Positions 44,327 to 53,861 of a stretch of DNA of 64,000 nt are shown in pieces (the first letter of the stretch is position 1; each line of letters opens with the position of its first letter). The position numbers and the translations under genes are program-made. Under the pieces are notes generated by a model. That model was not told where the DNA came from. It was given only the letters and a program-made list of their open reading frames with translations, and did no database searches. The stretch spans positions 205,372 through 269,371 of the forward strand of contig CAVOGK010000012.1 of assembly GCA_963695395.1 (NCBI GenBank), given 5' to 3'. The stretch comes from an uncultured Thermoleophilia bacterium. GTDB lineage: Bacteria > Actinomycetota > Thermoleophilia > UBA2241.

Positions 44327-45553
44327 GTGACGACTCTTCAGGAAGGGCGGCTGGTCCAGCCGGGTGCGGCGCTCGCGCCGGCGGCGGAGCTGGCGGGCCG
44401 GATCGCCGGCCTGCAGACCGGCCTCGCCGCCCGCGGTCTCGACGCCGCCCTCCTCCAGCAGAACGCCGACCTCTTCTACTTCGCCGGGACGGTCCAGCAG
44501 TCGTACCTGTACGTCCCGGCCGAGGGCGAACCGACGCTCTTCGTGAGAAAGGTCGCCGAGCGCGCCCGCCTCGAGTCGGCGCTCGGCGCGATCGTGGATC
44601 TGCCCTCGTCAGAGGAGCTGCCGCGGCTCATCGCCGAGCGCTACGGCGCCCTGCCGCTGCGGCTCGGCCTCGAACTCGACGTGCTGCCCGTCGCTCACTT
44701 CCGCCGTTTGGAGAAGCTCCTGCCCGGCGCCGCCTTCGAGGACGTCGGCCGCGACGTCGTGCGCCAGCGGGCGGTGAAGTCGCCGTGGGAGGTCGAGCGC
44801 ATCCGCGCCGCGGCAGGCGTGGCCGACGAGGTCAGTCGCCTCATTCCCGGGATCCTCGAGGAGGGGCTCACGGAGGTCGAGTTCGCCGGCAAGGTGGAGG
44901 CCGAGGCGCGGCGGCTCGGGCACGAGGGCTACATCCGCATGCGCGGCTTCAATCAGGAGATGTTCTACGGGCAGTTGCTCATCGGCATCAGCGGCTGCGT
45001 GCCGAGCTACCTCGACACGCCGCTGTCCGGCACGGGGCTCAGCCCGTCCGTAGCACAGGGCGCGAGCTTCCGGCGCATCGGCCGCGGCGAGCCCGTCGTC
45101 TTCGACTTCGTGCCCGTGCGCGACGGCTACATGGCCGACTTCACGCGTATGTTCTCGCTGGGGCCGCTGAGCGCCGAGCTCCTGCACGCCTACGATGCCG
45201 CGTTGCGCGTGCAGGAGGCGGCCACGGCTGCGGCCCGGCCCGGCGCGGCGTGCCGCGCCGTGTGGGAGGCCGCACGAGCGGCCGCCGCGGACGCCGGTCT
45301 GGCGGCGAGCTTCATGGGACACGGCGTGGGCCAGGTGCCCTACGTGGGCCACGGCGTCGGCATCGAGCTCGACGAGCTGCCGGTACTCACCGGCAGCGGC
45401 CTCGAGCTCGAGCCGGGCATGGTCTTCGCGCTGGAGCCCAAGTTCGTCCTGCCCGGCGTGGGCGCCATCGGCATCGAGAACACGTGGGTGGTCACGAGGG
45501 ACGGGATCGAGCGACTCACGCTGGCCCCCGAGACGATCGGTATCGTCGCCTGA
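44327..45553 (+). CDS. M24-family metallopeptidase (Xaa-Pro aminopeptidase/creatinase-like)
   Basis: Creatinase-like N-terminal domain. C-terminal pita-bread motifs DFTRMF, HGVGIELDE, LEPKF, ENTWVVT. Confidence 0.85.
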   Translation: MTTLQEGRLVQPGAALAPAAELAGRIAGLQTGLAARGLDAALLQQNADLFYFAGTVQQSYLYVPAEGEPTLFVRKVAERARLESALGAIVDLPSSEELPRLIAERYGALPLRLGLELDVLPVAHFRRLEKLLPGAAFEDVGRDVVRQRAVKSPWEVERIRAAAGVADEVSRLIPGILEEGLTEVEFAGKVEAEARRLGHEGYIRMRGFNQEMFYGQLLIGISGCVPSYLDTPLSGTGLSPSVAQGASFRRIGRGEPVVFDFVPVRDGYMADFTRMFSLGPLSAELLHAYDAALRVQEAATAAARPGAACRAVWEAARAAAADAGLAASFMGHGVGQVPYVGHGVGIELDELPVLTGSGLELEPGMVFALEPKFVLPGVGAIGIENTWVVTRDGIERLTLAPETIGIVA

Positions 45554-45614
45554 CCCGTGAAAGGTGGGGAAGAGTGAGCGTGCGAGGCCTGGAGTCCGCG
45601 AAGGAGGAGACACC

Positions 45615-46409
45615 ATGAAGCAGCTGGCGCCGAACGTGTGGACGCACCACGTCGATGCCGGGGGCTTCCCGACGCTGTCGGCGGTGATCATGACGCCCCA
45701 CCGGGCCATCGTCGTCGACACGCTGACGGGCCCGCGGGACATGGGACCGGTGACCGACTTGCTCGCGGCCGAGGCCGGCGACCGCCGCCTGCTCGTGGTC
45801 AACACGCACCACCACTGGGACCACGTCTTCGGCAACGCCGCCTTCGCCGGCCAGGACATCGTCGCGCAGCGCGCCTGCCCGCGCCTCATCCAGGCCGAGC
45901 TGCAGGGCGGAGACGAGTCGCTTCGCCTGCCGCCCTCCGAGGGCGTGCCCCTGCCGTCGGTGACCTTCGGTGACCGGCTCACGTACTCGGACGAGGATGA
46001 GTCGGTCCACCTCATCCACACGCCGGGCCACAGCGAGGACTCGCTCGTGGTCTTCCTCGTGAAGGCCCGCATGCTGTTTGCCGGCGACACCGTCGAATGG
46101 CCGCTGCCCAACTTCTGCCAGCGCGACGGCGCCGAGGAGTGGATCCGCACGCTCCGGCACCTCAAGCAGCTGCCGGCCGACGTGATCGTGCCGAGCCACG
46201 GCCCGGCCATGGACAAGCAGATCATCGACGCCAACGAGCGCTACGTCGCCGGCGTGTTCACGGCGGTCTCCGCCGCCAAGGCGGCCGGCGTGGGCCGCGG
46301 CGAGCTCGACCTGCCGGCCGCCGGCTTTCTGGCGGACGGCGTCGCAGTGGACGACGTCTACGCCGCCTCCCACCGTGAGAACCTGCTCTGGGCCTGGGAC
46401 GAGGTCTAG
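45615..46409 (+). CDS. MBL-fold metallo-hydrolase
   Basis: VVNTHHHWDHVFGN (HxHxDH). AAGGAGGAG RBS before ATG 45615. Confidence 0.8.
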   Translation: MKQLAPNVWTHHVDAGGFPTLSAVIMTPHRAIVVDTLTGPRDMGPVTDLLAAEAGDRRLLVVNTHHHWDHVFGNAAFAGQDIVAQRACPRLIQAELQGGDESLRLPPSEGVPLPSVTFGDRLTYSDEDESVHLIHTPGHSEDSLVVFLVKARMLFAGDTVEWPLPNFCQRDGAEEWIRTLRHLKQLPADVIVPSHGPAMDKQIIDANERYVAGVFTAVSAAKAAGVGRGELDLPAAGFLADGVAVDDVYAASHRENLLWAWDEV

Positions 46410-46462
46410 CGGGCCGGAACGTCAAAGTGGATATTTTCTTCCGATTAGGGTAGAAAGAGTCC

Positions 46463-46909
46463 ATGAAGCTCTCCACCCAAGCCGACTACGCTGTGCGCGC
46501 CGTGTACGAACTGGCGCTTCACGAGCCCGGGACCGTCCTCCACACCGGCGACATCGCCGGCGCCCAGCGCATCCCGGTGCCGCGGCTCGCCAAGGTGATC
46601 CACGACCTGGCCCGCGCCGGTCTGGTGCGCACGCAGCGCGGGCAGCAGGGCGGCGTCATGCTGGCGCGGCCCCCGGCCCAGATCAGCGTCCGCGACGCGT
46701 ACGAAGCAGTGGAGGGACCTATCATGCTATGCCGGTGTCGTCAGCGGGTAGAACCCTGCGGCGACGACGTGTGCGACACCCACGAGTTCTGGCACGGTGT
46801 CGAGACGCTCCTCACGGGGGAGCTCGAGACGGTGACGTTTGCGGCCCTGGCCGATCCACGGAGACGTGCATCCGCTTCAGGCGTCCGCTCGCAGACAACG
46901 GGGAGGTGA
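46463..46909 (+). CDS. Rrf2-family transcriptional regulator with a three-Cys cluster motif (IscR/NsrR-like)
   Basis: MKLSTQADYAVRAVYELA... wHTH. CRCRQRVEPCGDDVC. Preceded by an AT-richer promoter region. Confidence 0.85.
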   Translation: MKLSTQADYAVRAVYELALHEPGTVLHTGDIAGAQRIPVPRLAKVIHDLARAGLVRTQRGQQGGVMLARPPAQISVRDAYEAVEGPIMLCRCRQRVEPCGDDVCDTHEFWHGVETLLTGELETVTFAALADPRRRASASGVRSQTTGR

Positions 46910-46917
46910 CAATTCAT

Positions 46918-47151
46918 ATGGCAGAGATCAAAGAGCAGGTCGAGAAGGCCTTGGGCGACATCCGCCCGGCTCTGCAGGCCGACGGTGGCGACATCGAGCT
47001 GGTCGACGTGCTGGACGACGGTGTCGTCCAGGTGCGCCTCCAGGGCGCCTGCGCGGGGTGCCCGATGTCCCAGCTGACGCTGACCAACGGCGTGGAGCGC
47101 CACCTCAAGAACGTGGTGCCCGGCGTCGAGCGCATCGAGAACGTGGCCTAG
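46918..47151 (+). CDS. NifU/Nfu-type Fe-S cluster assembly domain protein
   Basis: 77 aa, ...DGGDIELVDV..VVQVRLQGACAGCPMSQLTL... Confidence 0.85.
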   Translation: MAEIKEQVEKALGDIRPALQADGGDIELVDVLDDGVVQVRLQGACAGCPMSQLTLTNGVERHLKNVVPGVERIENVA

Positions 47152-47171
47152 CGGCTTGAGCGACGAACGCT

Positions 47172-47219
47172 GACGGCGGCCGGTGGCGTCACCATGTGGT
47201 GGCGCCGCCGGCCGCCGTC
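47172..47219 (+). terminator. Terminator-like hairpin after the Nfu gene (about 17-bp stem with one G-T pair)
   Basis: gacggcggccggtggcg ... cgccgccggccgccgtc with a 14-nt loop. Confidence 0.45.
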
Positions 47220-47336
47220 GTCGTGCTCCGGGGTCGCCCGCCGGCTTCAAGCTCGAAGTCAGGGCATATACTGTCACTCCGGACGAGACGAGCCGGGGCG
47301 TGGTGCACCGCACGCCCGGAGTTGAGGAGGTACACC

Positions 47337-49565
47337 GTGAGGGGGCCACAGGACCGGACCCGGGCCGACGAGTATCACGGCCGGGAGGCCGTCAAGCAGA
47401 CCACCAAGGCTTCCCAGGAGGAGTTCGCCCCGGACGCGGCGCCGACGGCCGAGCCGGTCGATGTCGACCTGCGCGACCCGGCGTTCTACATCAACCGCGA
47501 GCTCAGCATGCTCGACTTCTTCGAGCGCGTCCTGGACGAGGCACGAGATCCGCACAACCCCCTCCTCGAGCGCGTCAAGTTCGTCGGCATCGTCGGCTCG
47601 ATCCTGGGTGAGTTCTTCATGGTCCGCGTCGCCGGCCTGCGCCAGCAGGTCGAGGCCGGCGTCAGCGAAGCCGCGGCCGACGGCTACACGCCGCAGAAGT
47701 TGCTGCCGCTCGCGCAGGAGCGCGCCCTGGGCATCATGAGAGCGGCGCGCCAGTGCTTCTCCGAGCTCAGGCCGGAGCTCGACGAGGCGGGCATCCACAT
47801 CGTCGACTACGGCGATCTCGCCGCCGACCAGCGCGCCGCCCTCGATCAGTACTACGAGGAGAAGGTGTTCCCGGTCCTTACACCGCTGGCCTTCGATCCG
47901 GGTCGCCCCTTCCCGCACATCTCCAACATGAGCCACAACCTCGGTGTGCTCGTGCGCGACGGGAGTGGCGACGAGCACTTCGCGCGCGTCAAGGTGCCGG
48001 ACACGCTGTCGCGGCTCGTGCCGGTGCCGGCGGCTGCAGGCAGCTCGGCCGGCGACGACGGACACGACGAGCAGTGCTTCACGTGGCTGGAGCAACTCAT
48101 TGCGGCGAACCTCTCGACGCTCTTCGTGAACCGTGAGGTCGTCGAGTCGCACGCCTTCCGCGTCACGCGCGACGCCGAGCTGGCCATCCAGGAGCTCGAG
48201 GCCGACGACCTCCTGGAGACGATCGAGCAGTTCGTCCGCCGCCGCCGCTTCGGCTCCGTCATCCGCGTCACGATCGACGAGAGCATGCCGGAGCGCGTGC
48301 GCGGCATCCTCACCCAGAACCTCGAGCTCGGCGACACGGACATCTACTCGGTCAAGTCGCCGCTCGGCCTCAGCAGCCTCTGGGGCGCGGGGTCCATCGA
48401 CCGCCCCGACCTCAAGTACGCGCCGCTCGTCCAGTCGGTGCCGCCGGCGCTCCAGGGGCTCGAAGGCAGCGAGATCTTCGCCGCCATCCGGCACCGCGAC
48501 GTGCTGCTTCATCACCCCTACGATTCCTTCGACCCCGTGGTCGAGTTCCTCCGCGCTGCCGCCAGCGACCCGGACGTTCTGGCGATCAAGCAGACGCTCT
48601 ACCGCTGTGGCCGCAACGCGCCGGCCGTCGAGCAGCTCATGGAGGCTGCGGCCAACGGCAAGGACGTCGCGGTACTCGTCGAGCTCAAGGCGCGGTTCGA
48701 CGAGGAGAGCAACATCGGCTGGGCCAAGGCGCTGGAGCGCGAGGGCGCCCACGTGGTCTACGGCCTCATCGGGCTCAAGACGCACTGCAAGGCGCTGATG
48801 GTCGTCCGTCGGGAGGGAGATCGCGTCCGCCGGTACACCCATCTCGGGACCGGCAACTACAACAGCGTCACCACGAAGCAGTACACCGATCTCGGGTACC
48901 TCACCGCCGACGACGACATCGGCGCCGACGCCAACCTGGTGTTCAACCACCTGACCGGGGGTGGCCAGGCGACCGAATACCGCAAGCTGCTCGTCGCGCC
49001 GGTCAACGTGCGCCAGGGCATGGCCGCGCGGATCGACCGCGAGATCGAGCACGCCGAGGCAGGGCGCGAGGCTCATCTGATCTTCAAGATGAACTCGTTG
49101 GTCGACAAACCGATGATCCGCAAGCTCTACCGGGCGTCGCAGGCCGGAGTCAAGGTCGAGCTGAACGTGCGTGGCATGTGCTGCCTGCGGCCCGGCATCC
49201 CCGGCGTGAGCGAGAACATCACGGAGCAGAGCGTGGTCGGCCGCTTCCTCGAGCACAGCCGCGTGTACTGGTTCCGCAACGGCGGCCACGACGAGGTCAT
49301 CCTCGGCAGCGCGGACCTCATGCCGCGTAATCTGAACCGGCGCGTCGAGGTCCTGTTCCCGGTGCAGGACGCCGGGATCCGGAGCCGCATCCGTGACGAG
49401 ATCCTGCCCATGTACCTCGCCGACAACATGAAGACGAGGGTGCTGGCGGCCGACGGCACGTGGACGCACATCTGGCCCGAGGATGGGGCAGAGGAGCTGA
49501 ACGCCCAGGAGCGGTTCGTCGCTCAGGCGCGCGAGATGGCGATCGACGAGAGCGAGCGCGTGTGA
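47337..49565 (+). CDS. ppk: Polyphosphate kinase 1
   Basis: FYINRELSMLDFFERVLDEA, HISN, two PLD-like C-terminal domains (HCKALMV, LEHSRVYWF). GTG 47337 follows GGAGG; start is uncertain. Confidence 0.9.
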   Translation: MRGPQDRTRADEYHGREAVKQTTKASQEEFAPDAAPTAEPVDVDLRDPAFYINRELSMLDFFERVLDEARDPHNPLLERVKFVGIVGSILGEFFMVRVAGLRQQVEAGVSEAAADGYTPQKLLPLAQERALGIMRAARQCFSELRPELDEAGIHIVDYGDLAADQRAALDQYYEEKVFPVLTPLAFDPGRPFPHISNMSHNLGVLVRDGSGDEHFARVKVPDTLSRLVPVPAAAGSSAGDDGHDEQCFTWLEQLIAANLSTLFVNREVVESHAFRVTRDAELAIQELEADDLLETIEQFVRRRRFGSVIRVTIDESMPERVRGILTQNLELGDTDIYSVKSPLGLSSLWGAGSIDRPDLKYAPLVQSVPPALQGLEGSEIFAAIRHRDVLLHHPYDSFDPVVEFLRAAASDPDVLAIKQTLYRCGRNAPAVEQLMEAAANGKDVAVLVELKARFDEESNIGWAKALEREGAHVVYGLIGLKTHCKALMVVRREGDRVRRYTHLGTGNYNSVTTKQYTDLGYLTADDDIGADANLVFNHLTGGGQATEYRKLLVAPVNVRQGMAARIDREIEHAEAGREAHLIFKMNSLVDKPMIRKLYRASQAGVKVELNVRGMCCLRPGIPGVSENITEQSVVGRFLEHSRVYWFRNGGHDEVILGSADLMPRNLNRRVEVLFPVQDAGIRSRIRDEILPMYLADNMKTRVLAADGTWTHIWPEDGAEELNAQERFVAQAREMAIDESERV

Positions 49566-50047
49566 TGCGCATCTACTTCCTGCGACACGGCAAAGCGGAG
49601 AATCGGGATGAGTGGCGCGGCGACGACGCCTCGCGGCCGCTGACGGCCGAGGGCGAGGCGGCGATGCGGCGCGAGGCGGAGGCGGTCCGCGCCATGGACC
49701 TCGCGCTCGACGTCATCGTCACCAGTCCGCTCGTGCGCGCCCGCCAGACTGCCGAGCTCGTCGCCGAGGAGCTCGGCCTCAGCGGGCGCCTCGTCGTCGA
49801 CGACCGCCTCGCCGGCGGATTCGACGTGCGCCGCCTCGAGCAGGTGGCCGCGGCGCATCCCGAGGCCGAGACGATCATGGTCGTCGGGCACGAACCCGAC
49901 TTCAGTGCGACCGTCGCCGAGCTCATCGGCGGCGGCGACATCGTGTTCAAGAAGGGCGGGCTCGCGAGAGTCGACGTGACCGCGCCCGTGGCCGGCGGCG
50001 GTCGGCTGGTGTGGCTGTTGACGCCGCCTCTTCTGGGGAGCAGATGA
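49565..50047 (+). CDS. sixA: SixA-type histidine phosphatase (phosphohistidine phosphatase family)
   Basis: MRIYFLRHGKAE (RHG motif), SPLVRARQTA, VGHEPDFS. ATG overlaps the ppk stop (TGATG). Confidence 0.8.
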   Translation: MRIYFLRHGKAENRDEWRGDDASRPLTAEGEAAMRREAEAVRAMDLALDVIVTSPLVRARQTAELVAEELGLSGRLVVDDRLAGGFDVRRLEQVAAAHPEAETIMVVGHEPDFSATVAELIGGGDIVFKKGGLARVDVTAPVAGGGRLVWLLTPPLLGSR

Positions 50048-51897
50048 CGATGGAGGTCGAAGCCAAGTTCCTGGTGCCGGACGAGGAGACGCTCGCGCGC
50101 CTCATCGAGGTCGCTTCACTGGCCGGCTGTGCCGTCGAGCCGGGTGAGGCACGGCGCGACGTCGACACCTATCTCGACACGGCCGACCGGCGCCTGCTCG
50201 CGGCCGGCTTCTACTTCCGCCGGCGGGAGACGAGCGACGGCGTGCGCCTCACCCTCAAGAAGCTCGTGGCGCCCTCTGAAGGCGTGCTCCGGCGGGAGGA
50301 GATCGAGGCGCTCGTGGCCGCGGACGTCCCGGTCGCCGAGTGGCCTGCGGGGCCGCTGCGGGAGCGGGTGGAGCAGCTGACCGCCGGGGAGCCCCTCGAG
50401 CCGCTGCTCACGCTCGCGCAGACGCGGGTCGCCCGGGTCGTCCGGCGCGGCCGCCGCGAGGTCGCGGAGCTGAGCCTGGATCGCGTGACCGCGAGCGCGC
50501 CCGACGGCGACCGCGGCTGGCTCGAGGCCGAGGTCGAGGCGCGAGGCAAGGGCGGCGACGACGACGTCCTCGCGCTCGCCGCCGTGCTCCGCGACGAGTG
50601 GGGCCTCGTGCCAGAAGGGCGCGCCAAGTTCACGCGCGCTCTCGAGCTCGCCGGCGACGGCGACGATGGCGATGGCCTGCTCATGCCCGCAGCCGAGCGC
50701 GCCGCGCATGAGGCGCACGCATCGGGTGAGGGCGCCCTCGCACGGCGTGCCCAGGCGCTCCTGGCGCTCGACCGCGGCCTCTCCCAGGTCGAGGCCGGCC
50801 GCGTCGCCGGCCTCTCGGACCGGCGTGTGCGCTACTGGCTGGCGCGCTACCGCGTCGAGGGCGCGGGCATCTACGACCAGGAGGCGGTCGACCCGGTGGC
50901 CACAGAGCCGGCCGCCGGGCCAGAGCGCAAGAAGCGGCCGGAGATCGCGGGCGCCGACACGATGACCGAGGCGGCGGCCGCGACCCTTCGCTTCCACCTC
51001 GCCAAGATGCTCGAGCACGAGGAGGGTACGCGGCTGGGCGAGGACCCTGAGGAACTGCACGACATGCGAGTGTCCACGCGACGCATGCGCATGGCTCTCC
51101 GGGTGTTCGCCGACTACCTCGACCCGGACGTGATGCGGCCCGTGCTCAAGGGGCTGCGCCGCACCGGCCGCACGCTCGGCGCCGTGCGCGACCTCGACGT
51201 GTTCAACGAGAAGACGCAGGTCTACCTCGACGGGCTGCCCGACGAGCGCGCCGGGGACCTCGACGGCCTGCTGGACGCGTGGAAGGCGGAGCGCGACAAG
51301 CAGCGCGAGCATCTCGTCGCCTATCTGGACGGCAAGCGCTATCGCCGCTTCGTCGAGACGACGACGGAGTTGCTGGAGGGGCCGGTCGAGGCGCTCGCGC
51401 CGCAGACCGTCATCGCGCCGCGCCCGCAGCGGGTGGCCCAGGTGCTGCCCGGCGTCCTCTACAAGGACATGGCCGTGGTCTGGGCCTTCGAGGGCCAGAT
51501 CGGCGGACTGGAGACACCCCTGCTGCGCTTCCACGCGCTGCGCAAGGCGTGCAAGGGACTGCGCTACACGCTGGAGTTCTTCGAGGGCGTCCTCGGCCCC
51601 GGGGCCCGGCCGCTGATCAAGCGGGTCAAGGGGCTCCAGGACCACCTCGGCGACCTGCAGGATGCGGTCGTGACCAGCGGCATCCTGCGCGACTACATCA
51701 CCTGGGGCACGTGGCGCCACGAGGGTCACGACCTTCCCGGACCCATCGAGATCATCGTGGCGCCGGGCGCGGCCCGCTACCTCGCCGCGCGGCAGGAAGA
51801 GATGGAGCATCTTGTGCTCACCTTCCCCCAGGCTTGGCCGAAGGTGGCCGGCACCGACTTCAGCCGCGACCTCGCGTCGGTGATCGCGGAGATCTGA
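50044..51897 (+). CDS. CYTH (triphosphate tunnel metalloenzyme) - HTH insert - CHAD domain protein
   Basis: MEVEAKF (ExExK) CYTH start. Central LSQVEAGRVAGLSDRRVRYWLARYRVEG HTH-like segment. CHAD region EELHDMRVSTRRMRMALRVF...HALRKACKGLRYTLEFF. ATG overlaps the sixA stop. Confidence 0.85.
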   Translation: MTMEVEAKFLVPDEETLARLIEVASLAGCAVEPGEARRDVDTYLDTADRRLLAAGFYFRRRETSDGVRLTLKKLVAPSEGVLRREEIEALVAADVPVAEWPAGPLRERVEQLTAGEPLEPLLTLAQTRVARVVRRGRREVAELSLDRVTASAPDGDRGWLEAEVEARGKGGDDDVLALAAVLRDEWGLVPEGRAKFTRALELAGDGDDGDGLLMPAAERAAHEAHASGEGALARRAQALLALDRGLSQVEAGRVAGLSDRRVRYWLARYRVEGAGIYDQEAVDPVATEPAAGPERKKRPEIAGADTMTEAAAATLRFHLAKMLEHEEGTRLGEDPEELHDMRVSTRRMRMALRVFADYLDPDVMRPVLKGLRRTGRTLGAVRDLDVFNEKTQVYLDGLPDERAGDLDGLLDAWKAERDKQREHLVAYLDGKRYRRFVETTTELLEGPVEALAPQTVIAPRPQRVAQVLPGVLYKDMAVVWAFEGQIGGLETPLLRFHALRKACKGLRYTLEFFEGVLGPGARPLIKRVKGLQDHLGDLQDAVVTSGILRDYITWGTWRHEGHDLPGPIEIIVAPGAARYLAARQEEMEHLVLTFPQAWPKVAGTDFSRDLASVIAEI

Positions 51898-52041
51898 GCG
51901 TCAGCCGGGGGCGCCCCCGGGGCGTCGACCTGTACCGGCCGCCGACCCGCGTCCGCGCGTGCGCAGCGCGCGGTTGCGGGATGCGCCATCGTTCGAGACC
52001 CCCGGAAGCGGGGACCACTTGCCGTGCGACCCGGCCTGCGG

Positions 52042-53628
52042 CTAGCGCGGGACCGCGAGGGCGATCACGCCGAGCGGGTAGCCGAACGCCTTCTCGAGGC
52101 TGTCGCGGCGGCGCTCGACCGCCCACTCCTCGAGACTCCAGTCGCCCACGGGCTCGATCTCGAGCAGGAGGCTGCTCGCCTCGCGGCGCAGGCGTGCGTG
52201 TGCGATCGCCCCGGTGTGGCCGCGGTCGAGGTACTCGGCGAGGCGCAGGAACGCCCCGAGCCGCCGGACGACCTTGCGGGAGCGGCGGTCCAGCCCCGAG
52301 AAGGCCTCGAACCGGGGCGCGGGGAGGGCCTTGCGGTGGAAGTAGGCCGTCGCCGCGATGACCGCCACCTCGTCCTGGTCGAAGCCGATGAGGTCGGCGT
52401 GGCGGATGAGGTAGTACGTGTGCTGGTGGTGGCGCGTGTAGCTGAGGAACGTGCCGATGTCGTGGAGGAGGGCCGCGTACTCGAGCAGTTCCCGCTCTTC
52501 GGGGCCGAGGCGGTGCAGCCCGGACGCGCGGGCTGAGTCGAACAGCTCGAGTGCGAGCCGGGCGACCTGACGGGCGTGCGCCTCGTCGAACGAGGTGGAG
52601 CGGGCGAGCTGCAGCACGCTCCGCTCGCGCACACCCGCGCCGTGTCTGAGCTCGTGCTGGCCGGCGCGGGCGAGGTCGTTGAGCAGCAGGCCCTCGCGCA
52701 GGCCGCACTCGTCCAGCGCGACGATCACGTCGATGCCGAGGTCCTCCATGAGCGCTTCCAGGATCGCGGCGCCGGCGACGATGATGTCGACCCTCGCCGG
52801 CGAGAGGCCGGGGGCGGAACGCCGTTCGTCGGCCGTCATCACGCGGAGGCGCTTCGCCACCGCGCGCAGGTCCTTGCGCGTGAGCGGCTCGTCGCGCCCG
52901 GGCACGCGTTTGTGCAGCATCCGCGCAGCCACCGACGCAAGGTTGACGATGGTCCCGGAGGTGCCGTAGGCGACCGCCTCCGGGCGGCCCACGTCGCGCA
53001 GCGTGTGCTGCGAGGTGAGGCGGACGTGGTGCTTGAGGTCCTCGTAGTCCGCGGCCGTGTAGCGGCCCTGGTCGTCCGGCGCGGGCCCTTCGGTGGCCAG
53101 CCGGATGGCGCCCAGCGAGATGGACTCGACGAGGTCGGCGCCGGCGCCGTCTCCGACCGCGACCTCGGTGCTCCCGCCGCCGATGTCGATGACGAGCGCG
53201 CGGTCGTCGACGTGCACCCGGCTGAGGAGGCCGAGATAGATGAGCCGCGCCTCCTCGCGGCCGGACACCACGTGCACCTCGAGCCCCGCCGTCTCGCGCA
53301 TGAGGCGGACGAACTCCCCGGCGTTTCGCGCTTCGCGCGTCGCCGCTGTGGCGACCGCCACGAAGCGCGTCGTACCGTGCGTGCGCGCCAGGTCCGCGAA
53401 CCGCGCGCACACCTCGGCGGCGCGCTTCATCGCCTCCGGCTGGAGGAGGCGCACCTCGCCGAACTCGCCCTCGCCCAGCCGGACGGTCTCCTTCTGCATG
53501 CTGAGCACCGTCCAGGAGTGGTCGGGCGCGAAGCGCACGACCATGAGGCGCGCCGAGTTGGTGCCGATGTCGATGTAGGCCACCGTCTCGGCGGCGATCG
53601 CCGTACCGGTGGCGGGCAGGCTGTCCAT
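52042..53628 (-). CDS. ppx: Exopolyphosphatase Ppx/GppA with a C-terminal HD domain
   Basis: IDIGTNSARLMV, DIGGGSTE, HD-domain region LLHDIG. ATG at 53628 within ORF 52042-53895. Confidence 0.9.
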   Translation of the reverse strand: MDSLPATGTAIAAETVAYIDIGTNSARLMVVRFAPDHSWTVLSMQKETVRLGEGEFGEVRLLQPEAMKRAAEVCARFADLARTHGTTRFVAVATAATREARNAGEFVRLMRETAGLEVHVVSGREEARLIYLGLLSRVHVDDRALVIDIGGGSTEVAVGDGAGADLVESISLGAIRLATEGPAPDDQGRYTAADYEDLKHHVRLTSQHTLRDVGRPEAVAYGTSGTIVNLASVAARMLHKRVPGRDEPLTRKDLRAVAKRLRVMTADERRSAPGLSPARVDIIVAGAAILEALMEDLGIDVIVALDECGLREGLLLNDLARAGQHELRHGAGVRERSVLQLARSTSFDEAHARQVARLALELFDSARASGLHRLGPEERELLEYAALLHDIGTFLSYTRHHQHTYYLIRHADLIGFDQDEVAVIAATAYFHRKALPAPRFEAFSGLDRRSRKVVRRLGAFLRLAEYLDRGHTGAIAHARLRREASSLLLEIEPVGDWSLEEWAVERRRDSLEKAFGYPLGVIALAVPR

Positions 53629-53651
53629 GGATGTCGCCGGCAGCCGGCGGC

Positions 53652-53861
53652 TCAGGCCTTGACCTTCTGCCTCTTCTTCGCCTTGCTGCCCTTGGTCTTG
53701 CCGCCCTTCTTCACGGCCTTGCGGTCCGCGTTCAGCTTCTCCAGACCTTTCTTGCGCCCGTATTCGTCGATGTACGTCTGGGCGATCTCGCACTTCTTGC
53801 AGCCCTTGCCGCAGCAGTCCTTCCACTGCTTGCGGTCGAACTCGTTCTTCAGCTTGGTCAC
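53652..53861 (-). CDS. Small Cys-rich, Lys-rich protein (CCGxGCxxC motif; oxidoreductase-like-domain type?) co-oriented with ppx
   Basis: 69 aa, ...WKDCCGKGCKKCEIAQTYIDEY..., with tail KKGGKTKGSKAKKRQKVKA. Stops 23 nt upstream of the ppx ATG. Locally lower GC. Confidence 0.6.
   Translation of the reverse strand: MTKLKNEFDRKQWKDCCGKGCKKCEIAQTYIDEYGRKKGLEKLNADRKAVKKGGKTKGSKAKKRQKVKA

Noticed and set aside
51905-51920. A 16-nt palindrome, CCGGGGGCGCCCCCGG, between the convergent CHAD and ppx genes, considered as a terminator.
   Set aside because: With no loop it can form only a very short hairpin, and GC-rich palindromes are common here. It is too weak to call.
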